64,000 nucleotides of DNA from contig DUNF01000058.1 in the NCBI GenBank assembly GCA_012839485.1, positions 1,272 to 65,271 on the forward strand. Reading direction: 5' to 3'. The position numbers and the translations under genes were made by a program. The first letter of the stretch is position 1, and each line of letters opens with the position of its first letter. Below are positions 63,101 through 64,000 of this stretch, one piece after another. The notes under the pieces were generated by a model. The model was not told the origin of the DNA. It worked only from the letters and a program-made list of their open reading frames with translations, and made no database searches. Source of the DNA: Acholeplasmataceae bacterium (GTDB lineage: Bacteria > Bacillota_I > Bacilli_A > ML615J-28 > CAG-698).

Positions 63101-64000
63101 TCAGCACTTGCAGACTTCACGCTTTATGCTAAATGGGTACCAGCTCCAAGAACTGTTACATTTAATACATTAACTGATGAAGTTACTGTAGATCCTGTAG
63201 TAGTAGATCATGGTACAGCTGTTGCTGAACCAGCAGCTCCAATAAGAGAAGGATACACATTCTCAGCATGGTATACAGAAGCTTCATTAGCTACACTATA
63301 TGACTTTAATGATCTAGTAGTAGCAGATATTACACTTTATGCTAAATGGACTATTAAACAATATAACGTAACATTTGATGATAACCATGGATCAACAACA
63401 ACTGTTTCAGTTGAACACGGTTCATTATTAGATGTTCCTGCACCACAACCAGTATGGGTTGGTCACGACTTTGGTGGTTGGTACAAAGATCAAGAATGTT
63501 CTGAAGGACAACAATTTAACTTTGCTACTGAACAAATCAAATCAGACTTAACATTATACATTAAATGGAGTGTAACTCAAATTACATTAACATTTAACGT
63601 TGATGGCGGATCAGCAATTCCAGCTGTAACTCAAGATTACAACTCATCATTTGCTAAACCAGAAGATCCAACTAAAGAAGGATATACTTTCGATGGATGG
63701 TTCGAAGCTGATTTAGTAACTCCATTTGCATTACCTGCTAACTTAATTGCAGATGCTACAGCATATGCTAAGTGGACAATTACACAAACTAAACTTACTT
63801 ATGAAGTAAATGGCGGTTCACCAATTCCTGAAGATTTAGGCGATTGGAATAGAACAATTAACGCTCCAGCAGATCCAACAAAAGTTGGTTATGACTTCAA
63901 GGGTTGGTATAAAGATGCTGAATTTGCAGAAGCATTCGCATTCCCAGTTGATTTAAAAGTTGACACAAAGATTTATGCTAAATGGGATATTCAACAAGTT
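57152..64000 (+). CDS. Giant surface lipoprotein (at least 2283 aa, 3' end outside window): coiled coil, Big_2 domain, ~1000-aa unassigned region, then tandem Listeria-Bacteroides (Flg_new/InlB B-repeat-type) repeats
   Basis: Not in the supplied ORF track because it has no stop in the window. ATG at 57152 is 10 nt after AGGAGG. I translated the frame (position mod 3 = 2) by eye to 64000 and saw no stop; I re-checked lines 58021, 59041, 60001, 61021, 62041, 63001 and 63961. N-terminus MKMRRFFGALLMLVFALTVVGC (lipobox). Heptad-like AQLTVLEEQKAALELQQQNLNAEKAALNARIAQLEE. Big_2-like PEIASVDSLGRVTGLKPGKTKINAW. Repeats end in LYAKW. Confidence 0.85.
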   Translation, partial: MKMRRFFGALLMLVFALTVVGCVSNKKYNDVAEQLNNAQTQLDAANAQLTVLEEQKAALELQQQNLNAEKAALNARIAQLEEFEGLSAELEEELAQLNEEKEALDARIAETEADLAALQELVAALSNRPVAPTSLELFLIGSTLVGTSTNAAEPDIDYVVTPAGAYTGLYFEVENPEIASVDSLGRVTGLKPGKTKINAWSTLDPSVKDSVDFEVIEAGADLDIVIAAVNEIYAQLNRSYVAEDLALMHASNPSVKISYLKGSEVIAEYVDGELTRGTGYYAYEAPAVDKLEKVTIKGEYGANNVQHNMELTLFVVADLANNAFNRVQMARDIVESYLLPYTSEVEKVSADLALEAEIAGVEIVYTSSAKQVISNEGAYVRPLDDTKVNFQVMYKYQIPGGELYTESAAYDVYANGYTADEKMDYIVNEGSLAFLNGYASNVNINLPAADDKFDAKLTYVSDKPEVFDNAGKYANQELAEATVVTYTVSFEYLGEVLGTREVAVTANLPSVASKAANAFANNNEVPAHFPYGVKGRAGGNALPGLVATQAVGEDTANVAWEALEPELWADGFVLNAQYLRYRETALKATFTNAADETDKAELELVINIGAGKTKDDIIVAGRFSQQTSTVYKEKCDTLALFSYFDPVVGVLNMAFPTYYSGYMFSIQGEFRQAPNNPDIEIFYQGEDASRSNLYIRHDSVIYVTGKKDNGEGIFDNSTLIQGTGGNWPVLYVNNYTETVKVPLAVHVTGNGSDGNPIVSTGFSREFALTVDGYRTVFIVNLETGEVVSGNGKSGIQFAYPAGTKYLELPANHAIYCPKTQSNNAIYNGVFCVQGTHLEVNHHDLHPKNSYFIDTANAQLENAEASIAKLEAGEALGEEDANPVTALATANARANNARLSDAEKAGFNAAKYAELAGRYALLFNEELQALKDSKGEIGFYMEDYVVALQAAYDKYDALPEAAQDAVPLKAWLLAEKALYLDTNWTITYNLNGGSIYTNEKARIIDLFFDDLYQHLQEQNFNAWVSQKHDYDGNITQADVTHTLPSLAEFKNPDSEDPNAFINLMKGDDGNYFVSYQTKDPDHFALEFLIKLYKNIDGTINEDYKKLEVGDRHFFNNKKYGHWAELMLVMEETFLAGTCQMNGYTSIRDIYNRVGLPVAQFLEGKDAEGNKTFKYAQDRVGWGSTVYATQADIASWVASYRHMTQYIFNMALSTGQTIDNPVIPQNVYVIPEAEAAAQLNDGVANLYNVATVDFNVPAPVKPYSVFDGWYMDAELTQPVVWTVDGLGQQDVQVYAKFSGDPAYANKVTIAADPAIEVNVPYGDKLAVPAVPAPAGKVFVGLYEDAALNNAYDLNTAVYAPVTLYPKFVNAADVYVVEFVSNVEGVAIANQIIEVAAADKKAVQPAIVNPGYELVGWYKEAAFENLYNFADDVAGNLKLYAKWAVSLEVSFDTGLLGVTIPTQSLLPGEKATQPALAYEGYSVEGWYTEKAFENKFDFAVAPTASVKLYAKLVINQHTLTFTDEGTALAPFTGNYGAAIVFPADPVKEHYVFDGWYYLDAEANEVKFVATAMPDASLALYSKYVPYQYTITLVSKSLNTYHYSKDLLLMELFADYHEFLGRTDSLTDFVHGAGLTEGYDGPWQSVKKFYKANRRDVDDSLGVFVSDSRYHDKWLAFFDHVEYLVRKANPAQGFWSSEWLGNLRFPQWIKGQSIIGNATNRNIIPFTSAEIKYTVEDGAIELPELWTVVPMSLGTFEGWYEMTPEGLEVVTSIPADATGDMTLYAAFAAPKFEVEYYDGASLLEKEVLKEGKKITFVKPEKANHTFEGWFTDAGLTQAYDASAPVTTDLVLYANFVLENRTLTFNSNGGDEVAAITVPHGTQVLAPADPARTGYTFADWFADADLTEAYAFPVNLEADTTVYAKWNANPIKISFDPQGGSAVAPIDTEYDAIVPAPEAPTQLNKAFAGWYKNAACSEGEEYDFALPVSALADFTLYAKWVPAPRTVTFNTLTDEVTVDPVVVDHGTAVAEPAAPIREGYTFSAWYTEASLATLYDFNDLVVADITLYAKWTIKQYNVTFDDNHGSTTTVSVEHGSLLDVPAPQPVWVGHDFGGWYKDQECSEGQQFNFATEQIKSDLTLYIKWSVTQITLTFNVDGGSAIPAVTQDYNSSFAKPEDPTKEGYTFDGWFEADLVTPFALPANLIADATAYAKWTITQTKLTYEVNGGSPIPEDLGDWNRTINAPADPTKVGYDFKGWYKDAEFAEAFAFPVDLKVDTKIYAKWDIQQV
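60890..64000 (+). repeat. Tandem coding repeats (~70-75 aa, ~210-225 bp period) inside the giant lipoprotein
   Basis: About 13 units with the pattern (V/L)TF...GG......P..P.(K/R)(E/V)GY.F.GW(Y/F).....(A/E)..F......D..LYAKW. The DNA motif TATGCTAAATGG or a variant recurs near 61462, 62905, 63125, 63346, 63565, 63770 and 63975. Confidence 0.8.

Noticed and set aside
57150-63173. Short track ORFs at 57150-57368(-), 57375-57593(-), 58239-58457(+), 58741-58923(-), 62902-63120(-), 62973-63173(+)
   Set aside because: All overlap the single open frame starting at 57152, which has promoter, SD, lipobox and coherent domain and repeat structure. None has an SD or recognisable motifs.
60890-64000. Regular ~210-225-bp recurrence of TATGCTAAATGG-like motifs, considered as a CRISPR-like or satellite array
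   Set aside because: The period is far longer than CRISPR repeat-spacer units, and the conserved element is not a 25-40-nt palindromic repeat. The region is in frame and encodes a conserved protein repeat (GW[YF]...LYAKW). It is a coding tandem repeat.
1-64000. Mycoplasma-type genetic code (TGA = Trp), considered because of the very low GC
   Set aside because: Many well-supported genes terminate at TGA at the expected protein length (e.g. 4967-4969, 19981-19983, 52895-52897), and Trp is encoded by TGG throughout. The standard bacterial code fits.

Overview
AT-rich, low-GC Firmicutes/Mollicutes-like chromosome segment. It uses the standard genetic code: ORFs end at TGA (e.g. 4967-4969, 19981-19983) and Trp is TGG. 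Almost all genes are on the + strand in tightly packed, translationally coupled operons. 1-15 kb is ordinary housekeeping: Fic fragment, a small lipid-remodelling group, malic enzyme, DppA, YcxB-like pair, RluA, DUF2207-LemA, rpmE, tdk, tadA, a small SRP RNA, dus. From about 15.7 kb to 57 kb the window looks like one long amino-sugar/peptidoglycan-harvest region with four parts. (a) lysA, an M19 dipeptidase, a beta-lactamase-fold hydrolase, a GNAT and a GHL10 gene. (b) A 15.9-kb nine-gene operon: GH20-like hydrolase, a 1086-aa membrane-anchored CBM-plus-solute-binding protein, two MalF/MalG-type permease pairs with no ATPase, a beta-propeller/TPR protein, a Yip1 protein and a 1317-aa membrane-anchored giant. 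(c) GH3-NagB fusion, tandem GNAT, and a Big_2-repeat solute-binding lipoprotein. (d) An 11.4-kb nine-gene operon joining MurNAc catabolism (NamZ, GH3-MupG fusion, MurK-like kinase, AnmK, MurQ) to an Etf-dependent LctBCD-type lactate dehydrogenase. A 660-bp toxin-antitoxin cassette with a frameshifted RelE/ParE toxin sits between 27-bp direct repeats of a terminator. A decayed copy of the namZ 5' end lies upstream of the present, lipoprotein-extended namZ. The last 6.85 kb is one open-ended ORF missing from the supplied ORF track: a giant lipoprotein of at least 2283 aa with a coiled coil, a Big_2 domain and about 13 tandem Listeria-Bacteroides-type repeats. No CRISPR array, rRNA, tRNA, transposase or integrase was seen. 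All functional calls rest on motif recognition by eye and need HMM/BLAST confirmation.
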